DNA of 20,644 nucleotides from positions 1 to 20,644 of the forward strand of contig BTVJ01000115.1 in assembly GCA_045863395.1 (NCBI GenBank). The letters run 5' to 3'. The stretch's first letter is position 1, and each line of letters starts with the position of its first letter. The position numbers and the translations under genes are program-made. This stretch comes from Myxococcales bacterium (GTDB lineage Bacteria; Myxococcota_A; UBA9042; JABWCM01; BTVJ01). The notes under the pieces are model-generated. The model ran no database searches and had not been told where the DNA came from. It saw only the letters and a list, made by a program, of their open reading frames with translations. Shown here piece by piece: positions 1-8,802 of the stretch.

Positions 1-69
1 CTGCTGCTGCATGAAAGCCTCCAGTGCTGCTCGGGCCGCGTCGTCCAAGCGGCTCGACACCAACGTCAT
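1..69 (-). CDS. Probable 5' end of a CDS running off the left edge (MTLVSSRLDDAARAALEAFMQQQ...), function unknown
   Basis: ATG at 69-67 on the minus strand, preceded by purine-rich GGGGTAGGGG. The frame is open to the window edge and in the same orientation as the upstream kinase. Only 23 codons are visible. Confidence 0.35.
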   Translation of the reverse strand, partial: MTLVSSRLDDAARAALEAFMQQQ

Positions 70-138
70 CGCCCCTACCCCCGGCCGCGAGGAAGGCCCG
101 CGCAAGGTGTCGCGTGTCTGGCGTCGAGGCGCCGGCCG

Positions 139-2808
139 TCAGACGGCGGCCGCCCTGACCCGGTCGAGGAGCTGGGCCGCGCGGAAGGGCTTGACGATGA
201 AGTCGATGCCTGGCCCGAGGGGGGACAGGTCCGCCTCGTGGTAGCCGCTCATGACGATGATCCGTGCGTCTGATCGCAGCCGCCGGATCTCGCGCAGGGC
301 CTCCTCGCCGCCCATGATGGGCATGGTCATGTCCAGGAGCACGACGGTGACCTCGTCACAGTGGAGCGCGAACGTGTCGACGCCCTCGCGGCCGTCGATC
401 GCCGTCAGTACACGCACTCCTGCGCTCTCCAGGATCCCGCGGGCCACCTCCCGGACCGCTGCGTCGTCGTCCACCACCAGGACCATCCCTGTGATCTCCG
501 CGAGCGGCGAGGCCGCCGCCGGCCCGGCGGTCGCCTCTACCCGCGGGGCGGCGGGAAACACCACCCGGAAGGTGCTCCCCTTGCCCGGCTCGCTCGTGAC
601 CCGCACCGCGCCCCGGTGGCTGCGCACGATCCCGAGGGTCGCCGCAAGGCCAAGACCACGCCCTGTGGCCTTCGTGGTGTAGAAGGGCTCGAAGATCCTG
701 CCGATGGCGTCCGGCTCCATCCCCACGCCCGTGTCGGTCACCTCCAGGTAGACGCAGTCCCCGTGGGGGAGCTCTGGCGACACGTGGGCGCTCGCGGCGA
801 AGTCCCCGTCCACCCGCATGAGGCCAGTCTCGGCCCGGATGACGCCGCTCCCGTCAGTCAGCGCATCGGAGGCGTTGGTCATCAGGTTCATGGCGATCTG
901 ACGGAGCTGGCTCTTGTCGGCCATCACCGGGGGCAGGTCCCGCCCCAGGTCCAGGCGGAGGTCCGCCCGGCGTGACAGGGCCGTCCGCAGGAAGGTCGCG
1001 GTCTCTTCGACGAGGGCGCTGAGGTCCACGGGCTCCACGTGGCCCTGACCTCGCCCGGCGTAGGCGAGCATCTGGGAGGTCAGCTCGGTCGCGCTGCGGG
1101 CTGCCAGCTCGATGCGTGCAATGTTCTCGCGGCCAGGCGTCCCCGGCGGCATGCGCATGAGCGCCAGGTCGACGTTGCCCAGAATCGCCATCAGGATGTT
1201 GTTGAAGTCGTGGGCCACGCCTCCGGCGAGCACGCCGAGGCTCTCGAGCTTCTGCACCTGCCGGAGCCGCTCCTCCAGCGCCTGTCGTTGAGCGGTCGCC
1301 TGGCGGGCCTCGGTCACGTCCTCCGCGAGGCCCGCGACCCGCAGTACGTGCCCGTCCGCGTGGCGGATGGCGAAGCCCCGCTCCTCGATGAGCCGCACCT
1401 GGCCGTCCGGGCGCCGAATCCTGTACTCGCGCGACGCCCCGTCCGGGGAGCGCATCATGCGCAGGAAGCCCCGCCGCGCCTCATCCTGGTCCTCGGGGAG
1501 GATGGAGTCCATGTGCAGGGACGGGCGCGCCAGCACCTCGGCCGCCGGGATGCCCCAGACGTCCTCGAAGGCGCGGCTGACGTAGATGGTCTGACGCGAC
1601 GTGACGTCGTAGAGCCAGAACACGTCCCGGATGTGGTCGGAGATCTCGGCCAGGCGCTCCTGGCTGGCTCGCAGCGCCTGCTCCGTGCGGCGCCGCTCCC
1701 GGATCTCCTCCTCCAGGGTACGGTTCGTCTCTGCAAGACGAACCGAGATCCCCGCAAGCGCAGAGGCGCGCCGGACCGTGAGGGCCATCAGCAGCCCGAC
1801 GGCGAGGGTGACGAACGTGCCGAGGCCGAACACCAGCCAGCCGCGCGGTGCCGCCGCCTCGAAGGTCGGGCCGGCGGTGAACGTGACCGCCCAGGATCTC
1901 CCAGGGAGATCCAGCGAGGCGCTCCAGCGCCCGAGCCCCGGTTCGGCCGTCACGGACCCCGGCTGGAAGTGCCCTCCCACCGCCTCGTAGGCCCCGAGCG
2001 CGCGATCAGCGCCCACCGCAGAGAGGTCCGTCAGCTCGAAGGAGAGCCCCTCCACTGCGCTGCTCCCGACGGTCGAGGTGACCGCCGCGTCCAGGTCCAG
2101 GACGGCGGTGCAGAACCCCAGCAGGGCGGCCCGCCGAGCCTCAATGGTGGCTGGTCGCGGGCCTGCGCCGTAGACCGCCTCGACGATCAGGACGCCGGTC
2201 CGGGGTGCCTCCTTTGGCTCCAGGGCGATGCGGGCTGTGGTCACCTGGTGCCCGGAGTCGCGCGCCTGAGCCAGGGCCTCCGCGCGGAGCGGCTCAGACG
2301 CCAGGTCGAAGCCGACCACCGTGGAGGCGCGGTGGTCGGGCGCCGAGTACATCACGGGGAAGTGCTCGTCGCGGTCCGGGGCAGGGACGCGCTCCCCCTG
2401 CTCGTCCCGCTCGAAGATGCCGAAGCCCTCCACGCCGGCCTCCCGGGCCCGCGCCTCGAAGCCCGCCCGCTCCTCCCTCGTGACTCGGGGAGCCCAGCCC
2501 ATGCCGGCCAGCGCCGGGTGGTTGCGTAGCACTCGGCGAGCGAAGACCGCAAACTCCTCGGGCTCGACCTGCTGGGATGCCTCGAACAGCCCGGTGACGA
2601 AGTCCAGGACGCCGGTCTGCTCCCGGACCATGGCCCGCAGGTTCGCCCACAGGCCCGCAGCGGTCCGCTCGAACTGGGTGCGGGCGAGCGCCCTGTCCCG
2701 CTCGTGGAGCTCACGGGCCACCACGGCGGACAGGGTCAACCCCACCACACAGACCACGGCGACGGTGCCGTAGCGCCATGAGGGGAGCCGCTTGGAGGGA
2801 GTGCTCAT
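139..2808 (-). CDS. Hybrid sensor histidine kinase/response regulator (TM-CHASE-TM-PAS-HisKA-HATPase-REC), 889 aa
   Basis: N-terminal TM, then CHASE motifs (GFDLASEPLRAEALAQARDSG, LPGRSW) and a second TM. PAS/PAC (IYVSRAFEDVWG...EYRIRRPDG). H-box GVAHDFNN, N-box NLMTNASDA, G1 DTGVGM, F-box IFEPFYTTK, G2 GRGLGL. Receiver VLVVDD...LLDMTMP...KPF. Confidence 0.95.
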   Translation of the reverse strand: MSTPSKRLPSWRYGTVAVVCVVGLTLSAVVARELHERDRALARTQFERTAAGLWANLRAMVREQTGVLDFVTGLFEASQQVEPEEFAVFARRVLRNHPALAGMGWAPRVTREERAGFEARAREAGVEGFGIFERDEQGERVPAPDRDEHFPVMYSAPDHRASTVVGFDLASEPLRAEALAQARDSGHQVTTARIALEPKEAPRTGVLIVEAVYGAGPRPATIEARRAALLGFCTAVLDLDAAVTSTVGSSAVEGLSFELTDLSAVGADRALGAYEAVGGHFQPGSVTAEPGLGRWSASLDLPGRSWAVTFTAGPTFEAAAPRGWLVFGLGTFVTLAVGLLMALTVRRASALAGISVRLAETNRTLEEEIRERRRTEQALRASQERLAEISDHIRDVFWLYDVTSRQTIYVSRAFEDVWGIPAAEVLARPSLHMDSILPEDQDEARRGFLRMMRSPDGASREYRIRRPDGQVRLIEERGFAIRHADGHVLRVAGLAEDVTEARQATAQRQALEERLRQVQKLESLGVLAGGVAHDFNNILMAILGNVDLALMRMPPGTPGRENIARIELAARSATELTSQMLAYAGRGQGHVEPVDLSALVEETATFLRTALSRRADLRLDLGRDLPPVMADKSQLRQIAMNLMTNASDALTDGSGVIRAETGLMRVDGDFAASAHVSPELPHGDCVYLEVTDTGVGMEPDAIGRIFEPFYTTKATGRGLGLAATLGIVRSHRGAVRVTSEPGKGSTFRVVFPAAPRVEATAGPAAASPLAEITGMVLVVDDDAAVREVARGILESAGVRVLTAIDGREGVDTFALHCDEVTVVLLDMTMPIMGGEEALREIRRLRSDARIIVMSGYHEADLSPLGPGIDFIVKPFRAAQLLDRVRAAAV

Positions 2809-2810
2809 CG

Positions 2811-2828
2811 GTGCCTGAGTATAGGCAC
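2811..2828 (-). promoter_or_regulatory. Candidate -10 element (TATACT) centred in inverted repeat GTGCCT-N6-AGGCAC, upstream of the kinase
   Basis: Minus strand reads GTGCC-TATACT-CAGGCACCG-ATG. The hexamer at 2823-2818 is 9 nt from the start codon, and no Shine-Dalgarno is present. Confidence 0.45.
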
Positions 2829-2911
2829 AGTCAGGCGGGTCCGCGCCACAGGGGCTTGAAACCGTTCGGTGTCAGGATGCTTCGGGTACGCCCGATGCGG
2901 AGGGAGCCCGG

Positions 2912-4624
2912 TCAGGGGGACTTGCAGTGGCCGCAAGTGGCGCAGGCGTCGGAGCAGCAGTCCCCGGCGGCCACGCAGCCCGAGTCGCAGTAGCAGCCCG
3001 AGGGCGACTTGTTGCCGCAGTACCCGACGCACTTGTTGGACGAGCCGCCGCAGTAGCCACAGGTGGCGCAGGCGTCGGAGCAGCAGTCCCCGGCGGCCAC
3101 GCAGCCCGAGTCACAGTAGCAGCCGGACGGTGACTGCTTGCCGCAGTACCCCGTGCACTTGCCGGTGGGGCAGGCGCCACAGTCCTTGGAGCAGGACGTG
3201 CAGGTCTCGGTCCCATTGCACGTGCCGTCGCCGCAGACCGGCGCGCACTCGCCGCAGTCGACCTTGCAGTTGGAGCAGGTCTCGCCCGGTGCGTCACACT
3301 TCGCGTCGCCGCACTTGGGCGCGCACTTGCCGCAGTCCTTCTCGCAGTTGGAGCAGGTCTCCGTGCCGTTGCAGGTGCCGTCGCCGCAGGCGGGGGCGCA
3401 CTTGCCGCAGTCCTTCTCGCAGTTGGAGCAGGTCTCCCCGGGGGCATCGCACTTGCTGTCGCCGCACGTCGGTGCGCACTTGCCGCAGTCGGCCTCGCAG
3501 GTGGAGCAGGTCTCGTTGCCGTTGCACTCGTGGTCGCCGCACTTCGGCGGGCACATGCCGCAGTCCTCCCAGCAGTCCTTGCAGGTCTCCGTGCCGTTGC
3601 AGGCGAAGTCGCCGCACCAGGGCTCGCACTCCCCACAGTCCGTGGGGCAGTTGTCGCAGTACTCGCCCTCATTACAGGTGCCGTCGCCGCAGGAAGCGGG
3701 GCACTCGCCGCAGTCGGTCGCGCAGCTCTTGCAGGTCTCGATGCCGGAGGAGCAGACGCCGTCGCCGCACACCTTCTCGCCGCCGCAGCCGCCCACGTCC
3801 GCGCACAGGTCGGCGCAGTCCTCGCCCCAGGCCTCGGAGCAGCAGGACGGGATCTCGTTGCACACCTGCCCGATGCATGTGCAGCCCACGCAGCCGGGCT
3901 TCTCGGACACGGTGCAGCCGTTGCTCAGCTCGGGGTTGCCGCCTCCGTCGGCGGTGCCCCCGTCAGCGCTGCCGCCGTCCCCCGTGGCGTCCGGCTTCCA
4001 GGAGGCGTCCGGTCCACCAGCGTCTTCACCTCCCAGGCCGTCCGGCCCGGCGGCGTCCACGCTCACCTGGACGTCCAGGCCCGGGAGGCTCCCGGCGTCG
4101 CCCTCGACCCCATCCGGCCAGCTCCCAGCATCCAGGTCCCCGGGAACCGTGCCTCCGGGGAGCCCCGCGACGGCCCAGGAGAAGTGCGTGGTCTTCCCGG
4201 TCACGAAGCCCGCCTGGACGTGCCCCGTGTCGGTGGCCATCTCCCACTTCTTGCCGTCCTGGGTCATGTAGATGCGCACCGCCTGGACCTTGTCGCCCAC
4301 GGTCGTCGTGGAGTACGGGAGCACCAGCGTCACCGGGACCGCGAAGGTCTGGCCGTGGGGCATCAGCTCGTAGTAGGGCCCGACGATCACGAAGCCCTCG
4401 GGCTGGAAGATCTGCTGCCCGGACGCCTGCGACATCGTGATGTTGACGGTCGTGGACAGGGCGCTGCCGGGGATCTGTACCGAGGCGCCGTCGGTGAGCT
4501 GGATGGTGCCGCCCGCCGGGCCGACGGGGAAGGTCGCGCCGGGGAGCTGGCCGGACACCTTGCCGCAGGCGGCGAGTGCCAAGGAGAGCGCGGCGCCGAG
4601 CGCTGCGCGGGTCAGTGACGTCAT
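2912..4624 (-). CDS. Lipoprotein with ZU5-like domain, acidic D/G linker, eight Cys-rich CGDGxC repeats and two somatomedin-B-like modules (about 570 aa)
   Basis: ATG 4624 with GGAGG SD and lipobox LAAC (Cys20). ZU5-like segment VGPAGGTI...VQIPGSAL...LMPHGQTFAVPVTLVLPY...WE...TTHFSW. C-terminal CxGYCGxxSPSGCYCDSGCVAAGDCCSD occurs twice, matching the SMB Cys pattern. Confidence 0.85.
   Translation of the reverse strand: MTSLTRAALGAALSLALAACGKVSGQLPGATFPVGPAGGTIQLTDGASVQIPGSALSTTVNITMSQASGQQIFQPEGFVIVGPYYELMPHGQTFAVPVTLVLPYSTTTVGDKVQAVRIYMTQDGKKWEMATDTGHVQAGFVTGKTTHFSWAVAGLPGGTVPGDLDAGSWPDGVEGDAGSLPGLDVQVSVDAAGPDGLGGEDAGGPDASWKPDATGDGGSADGGTADGGGNPELSNGCTVSEKPGCVGCTCIGQVCNEIPSCCSEAWGEDCADLCADVGGCGGEKVCGDGVCSSGIETCKSCATDCGECPASCGDGTCNEGEYCDNCPTDCGECEPWCGDFACNGTETCKDCWEDCGMCPPKCGDHECNGNETCSTCEADCGKCAPTCGDSKCDAPGETCSNCEKDCGKCAPACGDGTCNGTETCSNCEKDCGKCAPKCGDAKCDAPGETCSNCKVDCGECAPVCGDGTCNGTETCTSCSKDCGACPTGKCTGYCGKQSPSGCYCDSGCVAAGDCCSDACATCGYCGGSSNKCVGYCGNKSPSGCYCDSGCVAAGDCCSDACATCGHCKSP
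2924..3160 (-). repeat. Tandem near-identical duplication of the somatomedin-B-like module (126-bp, 42-aa period)
   Basis: gtggcgcaggcgtcggagcagcagtccccggcggccacgcagcccgagtc starts at both 2937 and 3063. Confidence 0.9.
3170..3769 (-). repeat. Eight intragenic Cys-rich repeats of about 25 aa (CGDxxCxxxETCxxCxxDCGxC)
   Basis: Visible in the translation. The last four alternate between CGDxKCDAPGETC and CGDGTCNGTETC types (51-aa, 153-bp higher-order period). Confidence 0.9.
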
Positions 4625-4745
4625 CGGGTCCTCCAAGAGTGGCGCGCGAGCGGCGCCGGTCGATTCGGAGGATTCCTACACCACGAGGAGAGCCGAATCC
4701 AACGAATCTGCGGTCAGGCGCGCCGCCCCGCGTGACGTGGGGCGC

Positions 4746-6077
4746 TCAGCGCTCGAGCAGCCGCTCGTACAGCGCCTCCCCCTTCAGGCCCTCTCGCTCG
4801 GCGACTCCGCGGGCGCGCGTCAGCTCCTCCTCGATGATCTTCGCGAGGTCGCCGGCAGGCTTCGCGCCCCGCACCACTCGCCCGTTGATCACCGACGTCG
4901 GCGTGGCACGCACCCCGAGCCCCTCGGCCTCCCTGACGTCGCGGCTCACGAAGGTGGCGAAGCGCCCGTCGGAGAGCGCCGCCGCCAGCCGCACCGTGTC
5001 CAGGCCCAGCTCACGGCCCACCCGGATCAGGTCCGCCCGCGCCAGCGCCCGGGTGTCGGTCAGCAGCCGCGCGTGGTAGTCCCAGTAGCGTCCCTGCTCC
5101 CCGGCCGCCATGGCCGCCTGGGCGGCCAGGTGCGCGTCCTTGTGGAAGGCCAGCGGCAGGTGGCGGATCACGACGCGGAGTGTCCCGTCGTAGCTCTTGA
5201 GCAGCTCATCGACCGTCCGGTCGAGGCGCGCACAGTAGGGGCACTGATAGTCGAGGAAGATGACCATCGTCACGAGCGGGTCTGCCGCGCCTCGCCAGGG
5301 GTGCTCCGCCGTGAACCGGACCGCCAGGTGCTCAGGCTCCACGCGCGCGGCGGGCTTGGGCGTTGGGGCGGGCGTCGGGGGCGCGCCCTCCAGGTCGAGC
5401 CACGTGAGCGCCGCGCTGACCTGCGCGGCCGGCATGCCGTGCGCGATGAGCGCGTCCGCGCGCCGCAGCTCGTCGTCCACCAGCTCCTTGAACGCCTCCA
5501 GCGGCTGCGACCCGGACAGCTTCCGCCCGTTGACGAAGAAGGTCGGCGTCCCCGTGGCACCCAGCTTTGCGGCGAGCGCCATGTCCCCGTCCAGGTGAGC
5601 GGCAAGCAGCGGATCGCTGACATCCGTCCGAAACCGCGCCATGTCGAGACCCGCCGCCTCTGCGTAGCGCATCAGGTCGTCCGTCTTCAGCGCGCGGTGG
5701 TTCGCGAACAGCGCGTCCCGCATGGGGCCCCACCGCCCCTGCCGTGCCGCAGCCAGACCGGCGAGGGCTGCGGACCGCGCCTCCTTGTGCATGGCGAGCG
5801 GGTTGTTCTTGAAGACGTGCCGGACGCGCCCCGGGTAGAGCGCGAGGAGCTCCCGCACCGTCGGCTGCACCTTTGCGCAGAAGGGGCACTGGAAGTCAGA
5901 GAACTCCACGACCGTGACGGGGGCGTCGGCCGCTCCCTCCGCCGGCGCGTCCCCCACGGGGAGGGGCGACGGAGGGGGCGCGGGCGCCACCTGCATCGCG
6001 GGCGCGCAGGCATTGAGCGTGGCGGCCAGCGCGACGCAGAGAAGCACGACCCGGGGCGCCGCGGTAGGGCCTCGCAC
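4746..6077 (-). CDS. Double thioredoxin-fold DsbA-family protein, probable lipoprotein
   Basis: Two domains: EFSDFQCPFC...GTPTFFVNG and IFLDYQCPYC...ATPTSVING. Both keep CXXC and the cis-Pro loop. Hydrophobic N-terminus ends in LNAC. The GTG start is 6 nt after the upstream stop; the exact start is uncertain. Confidence 0.9.
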   Translation of the reverse strand: MRGPTAAPRVVLLCVALAATLNACAPAMQVAPAPPPSPLPVGDAPAEGAADAPVTVVEFSDFQCPFCAKVQPTVRELLALYPGRVRHVFKNNPLAMHKEARSAALAGLAAARQGRWGPMRDALFANHRALKTDDLMRYAEAAGLDMARFRTDVSDPLLAAHLDGDMALAAKLGATGTPTFFVNGRKLSGSQPLEAFKELVDDELRRADALIAHGMPAAQVSAALTWLDLEGAPPTPAPTPKPAARVEPEHLAVRFTAEHPWRGAADPLVTMVIFLDYQCPYCARLDRTVDELLKSYDGTLRVVIRHLPLAFHKDAHLAAQAAMAAGEQGRYWDYHARLLTDTRALARADLIRVGRELGLDTVRLAAALSDGRFATFVSRDVREAEGLGVRATPTSVINGRVVRGAKPAGDLAKIIEEELTRARGVAEREGLKGEALYERLLER

Positions 6078-6083
6078 CGCGGG

Positions 6084-6764
6084 TCAGCGCCTGTCGCCGA
6101 AGCGCGCGCGGAACGTCTGGACCACCAGGTCCGCGGCCTGCTCGATGGAGAACTGCGCCGTGTTCACGGTGAGGTCGTAGTTGAGCGGGTCGTGGTCGTC
6201 GGCCTGGAAGTGGCGGCGGATGAAGTCGGAGCGGCCCTTGTCGGTGCGCTCGACCTCGCGCGCCGCCTCGTCCCACTCGACGCCCGTGAGTGACACGCGC
6301 CGCTTGATGCGCAGGTCGAGGGGGGCGACGACTCGCACGGCAAGCCGAGCGCGCGGTTCGACGATGTGGTGCGCGCCCCGGCCGACGAGCACGGCGCGCC
6401 CGTGCCGCACCAGTGTCAGGACCACGCGGCTGAGCTGAGACAGGTACTCGTCGTAGCTCATGCGGCTGCCGGTGAGGATCTCTGCGATGCCGGCCTCGAT
6501 GGCGTTGCGGGTCCGCTCGTCGACGGACTCGACGACCGCCCCGAGGACCCGGGCGTTCTGGGCGATGCCCTCGACGATCTGTTTGTCGTACAGCGCGAAG
6601 TCGAGCCGCTCCGCGACCGCCTGTCCGATGGCCAGGCCCCCAGCGCCACAGAGTCGCGAGATCGTGATCACCGGATGGATCGGGGTGGGCTGCCCCGCCA
6701 GGGTCTGGCGCGCCTCCCACTCCCGCACACGTCGCTCGACGAGCTGCTGGATGGTGTCCGTCAT
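6084..6764 (-). CDS. Cytidylate kinase-like family protein (about 226 aa)
   Basis: ITISRLCGAGG P-loop variant, VLVGRGA, D..R..F...F...DPLNYDLTVNT. ATG 6764 overlaps the USP stop (ATGA) with a GAGGAG SD. The 5' extension to 7295 in the ORF track is out-of-frame USP sequence. Confidence 0.88.
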   Translation of the reverse strand: MTDTIQQLVERRVREWEARQTLAGQPTPIHPVITISRLCGAGGLAIGQAVAERLDFALYDKQIVEGIAQNARVLGAVVESVDERTRNAIEAGIAEILTGSRMSYDEYLSQLSRVVLTLVRHGRAVLVGRGAHHIVEPRARLAVRVVAPLDLRIKRRVSLTGVEWDEAAREVERTDKGRSDFIRRHFQADDHDPLNYDLTVNTAQFSIEQAADLVVQTFRARFGDRR

Positions 6765-7696
6765 CGGTCGTTCTCCTCGTGGCTCGGGGCCTCGGTCCCA
6801 TGGAACGCCGCGGGCTTGACCACGAGCACCGGCACCTCGGAGAAGCGGATCACCCGCTCCGCCACGCTGCCCAGGAACATGTGCTCGAGGCCACGGCGCC
6901 CGTGGCTGGGGGTAACGATCATGTCGAAGCCGGCGGTCTTGGCGTAGCCGACGATGGCCTCGGCGATCGGCTCGTCCTCGACGACGCGCCAGGTGGCTCT
7001 GCGCTCCCCCCGGCTGGCGCTGGCCGCCGCCTGGACGAGGCGCTCGATGCAGTCGTTTCGGTAGCTCTGGACCTCGTCGGCCGTCGGCATGAGATACCCC
7101 GGACCGAGCACCGGGACGCGGCCCGGGTCCTCGAAGACGTGGAGCAGCTCCAGGTCGGCGCCGAGCGACGCAGCGAGGTCGGCGGCGTACGGCAGGGCCT
7201 CGGCGGCCGTCGCGGACAGATCCGTGGGGAACAGGACGCGCCGCGGGGTGAACGGCGCGTCGTCTCGCGCTGCGTTCACCGCGAGGACAGGGCACTTCGC
7301 CTTGCGGACGACGCGCTCGGTCGTCGATCCGAGCACGAACCGGCGGAAGCCCGAGAGGCCGTGGGTGGCGATGACGAGCGCCTCCGTGGGGAGGCGTCGC
7401 GACTCGCGCAGGATCTCCACATGCGGTGTGCCGACGACGTAGCGTCCCTCCACCTGGCTTCCGCCCAGCGACCGCAGCCTCTCGACGGTCGTGTCCAGTG
7501 ATTGAGCAGCCAGCGTCTCGATGCGCGACTGATACGCCGACAGGTCCAGGTAGGGGTAGCCGGTGTTATAGGTCAGCCGGTCCACCACGTAGATCACCGA
7601 GAGGGAGGCGCCGGTGGCCCGCGCCAGCTCCACTGCCGGACGAAAGGCGGCGCTCGCGGTCTCGGAGAAGTCCGTCGACACCAGGATGCGCTTCAT
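6761..7696 (-). CDS. Universal stress protein, two USP domains (311 aa)
   Basis: MKRILVSTDFS; IATHGLSGFRRFVLGSTTERVVRKAKCPVL; second domain RVLFPTDLS...HGRRGLEHMFLGSVAERVIRFSEVPVLVV. GGAGG SD. Confidence 0.95.
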   Translation of the reverse strand: MKRILVSTDFSETASAAFRPAVELARATGASLSVIYVVDRLTYNTGYPYLDLSAYQSRIETLAAQSLDTTVERLRSLGGSQVEGRYVVGTPHVEILRESRRLPTEALVIATHGLSGFRRFVLGSTTERVVRKAKCPVLAVNAARDDAPFTPRRVLFPTDLSATAAEALPYAADLAASLGADLELLHVFEDPGRVPVLGPGYLMPTADEVQSYRNDCIERLVQAAASASRGERRATWRVVEDEPIAEAIVGYAKTAGFDMIVTPSHGRRGLEHMFLGSVAERVIRFSEVPVLVVKPAAFHGTEAPSHEENDR

Positions 7697-7721
7697 GGCT
7701 TTACCCTCCAGACAGGTTGGG

Positions 7722-8618
7722 CTACTCGGTGCGGGCAGGCGGGACGACCAGCACCGGGGCCGGGCTCAGCCTCACCGTCGCCTCCGCCGTGCTGCCGAAG
7801 AACAGGTTGTGCAGCCCGCCGTGCCCGTGGGAGGGCATGACCACCAGGTCCAGCGCCTGCTCCTGGGCATACTCCGCGATGGCCTGGCCCGGGTTGCCGC
7901 CGATGGTCACGTTATAGGTCACGCTGCCCTCGCGGGTCTGGTCGGTCAGGCGCTCCAGCTCGGTGCGGTAGAGCTCCTTCATGCTGGAGACCGCGGTCTG
8001 CGGCATGTAGACAGGCGGCTCGCCCGGGATGGCGGGCACGAACGTCGGCAGCTTGAGCACATGGAGCAGGTCGAGGCGCGCCCCCATCTGGTCCGCGAAG
8101 GAGAGGGCGAAGTCGAGGGCCGTGCGTGACGGCGCCGAGAAGTCCGTGGGGTAGAGGATCGCCTTGGGGAGCGTCAGGCCTCGCTCCGTGGCCGTTGCGT
8201 TGATCGCCAGCACGGGGGTCCGGGTGTGCCGCAGCACCCGGAGCGTCGTGCTGCCCAGGATCAGGCGCTGGAAGCCGCCGCGGCCGTGGGTGGCCATGAC
8301 GATCAGGTCGCAGCCTGCCTCCAAGGCGTACTTGACGATCACCTGGGACGGCACGCCGGGCCGCCGCTCGACCACCGGCGGGAGGCCCGCCTCCGACAGC
8401 TCGGCGCGCAGCATCTCCAGGAGCTGGTCGGTCTTCACCTCGATGGTCTGCATGTAGTGCACGAGGTCGCCGGGATCGCGAACGGTGCCGGAGATGTCCT
8501 CGTCCACGTGCAGCACGTGCACCTCCGCCTCGAAGCGCCGCGCATACAGGATGGCGGCGTCTCTGGCGGTCAGTCCAAGCTCGGAGAAGTCGGTGGGGAG
8601 AAGGATCCGCTTGAACAT
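7722..8618 (-). CDS. Universal stress protein, two USP domains (about 298 aa)
   Basis: MFKRILLPTDFS start at 8618 with GGAGG SD; MATHGRGGFQRLILGSTT; second domain ILYPTDFS...SHGHGGLHNLFFGSTAEATVRLSPAPVLVV. Confidence 0.95.
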   Translation of the reverse strand: MFKRILLPTDFSELGLTARDAAILYARRFEAEVHVLHVDEDISGTVRDPGDLVHYMQTIEVKTDQLLEMLRAELSEAGLPPVVERRPGVPSQVIVKYALEAGCDLIVMATHGRGGFQRLILGSTTLRVLRHTRTPVLAINATATERGLTLPKAILYPTDFSAPSRTALDFALSFADQMGARLDLLHVLKLPTFVPAIPGEPPVYMPQTAVSSMKELYRTELERLTDQTREGSVTYNVTIGGNPGQAIAEYAQEQALDLVVMPSHGHGGLHNLFFGSTAEATVRLSPAPVLVVPPARTE

Positions 8619-8802
8619 CACGCACCTCCCGGACGCCCGGGGCGAGGGCGCCACTCCTTCAAAGTACATCACATCTGCGGGGGCTGGCAACCGGCCCGGG
8701 GGTCGGGTATAAGCGCGGGAGCCGGACGCTCGCGGCCCGTCAGTGCACTCAAGATGGACACGCCGCGGGAGTTGGACACCCCCCACTTGGGAGCAATCCG
8801 CC

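Noticed and set aside
2924..3769. Regularly spaced DNA repeats resembling a CRISPR array or DGR template/variable pair
   Set aside because: They are in-frame coding repeats that differ mostly at synonymous positions. There are no unique spacers, no adenine-specific mismatch pattern and no cas or reverse transcriptase gene.
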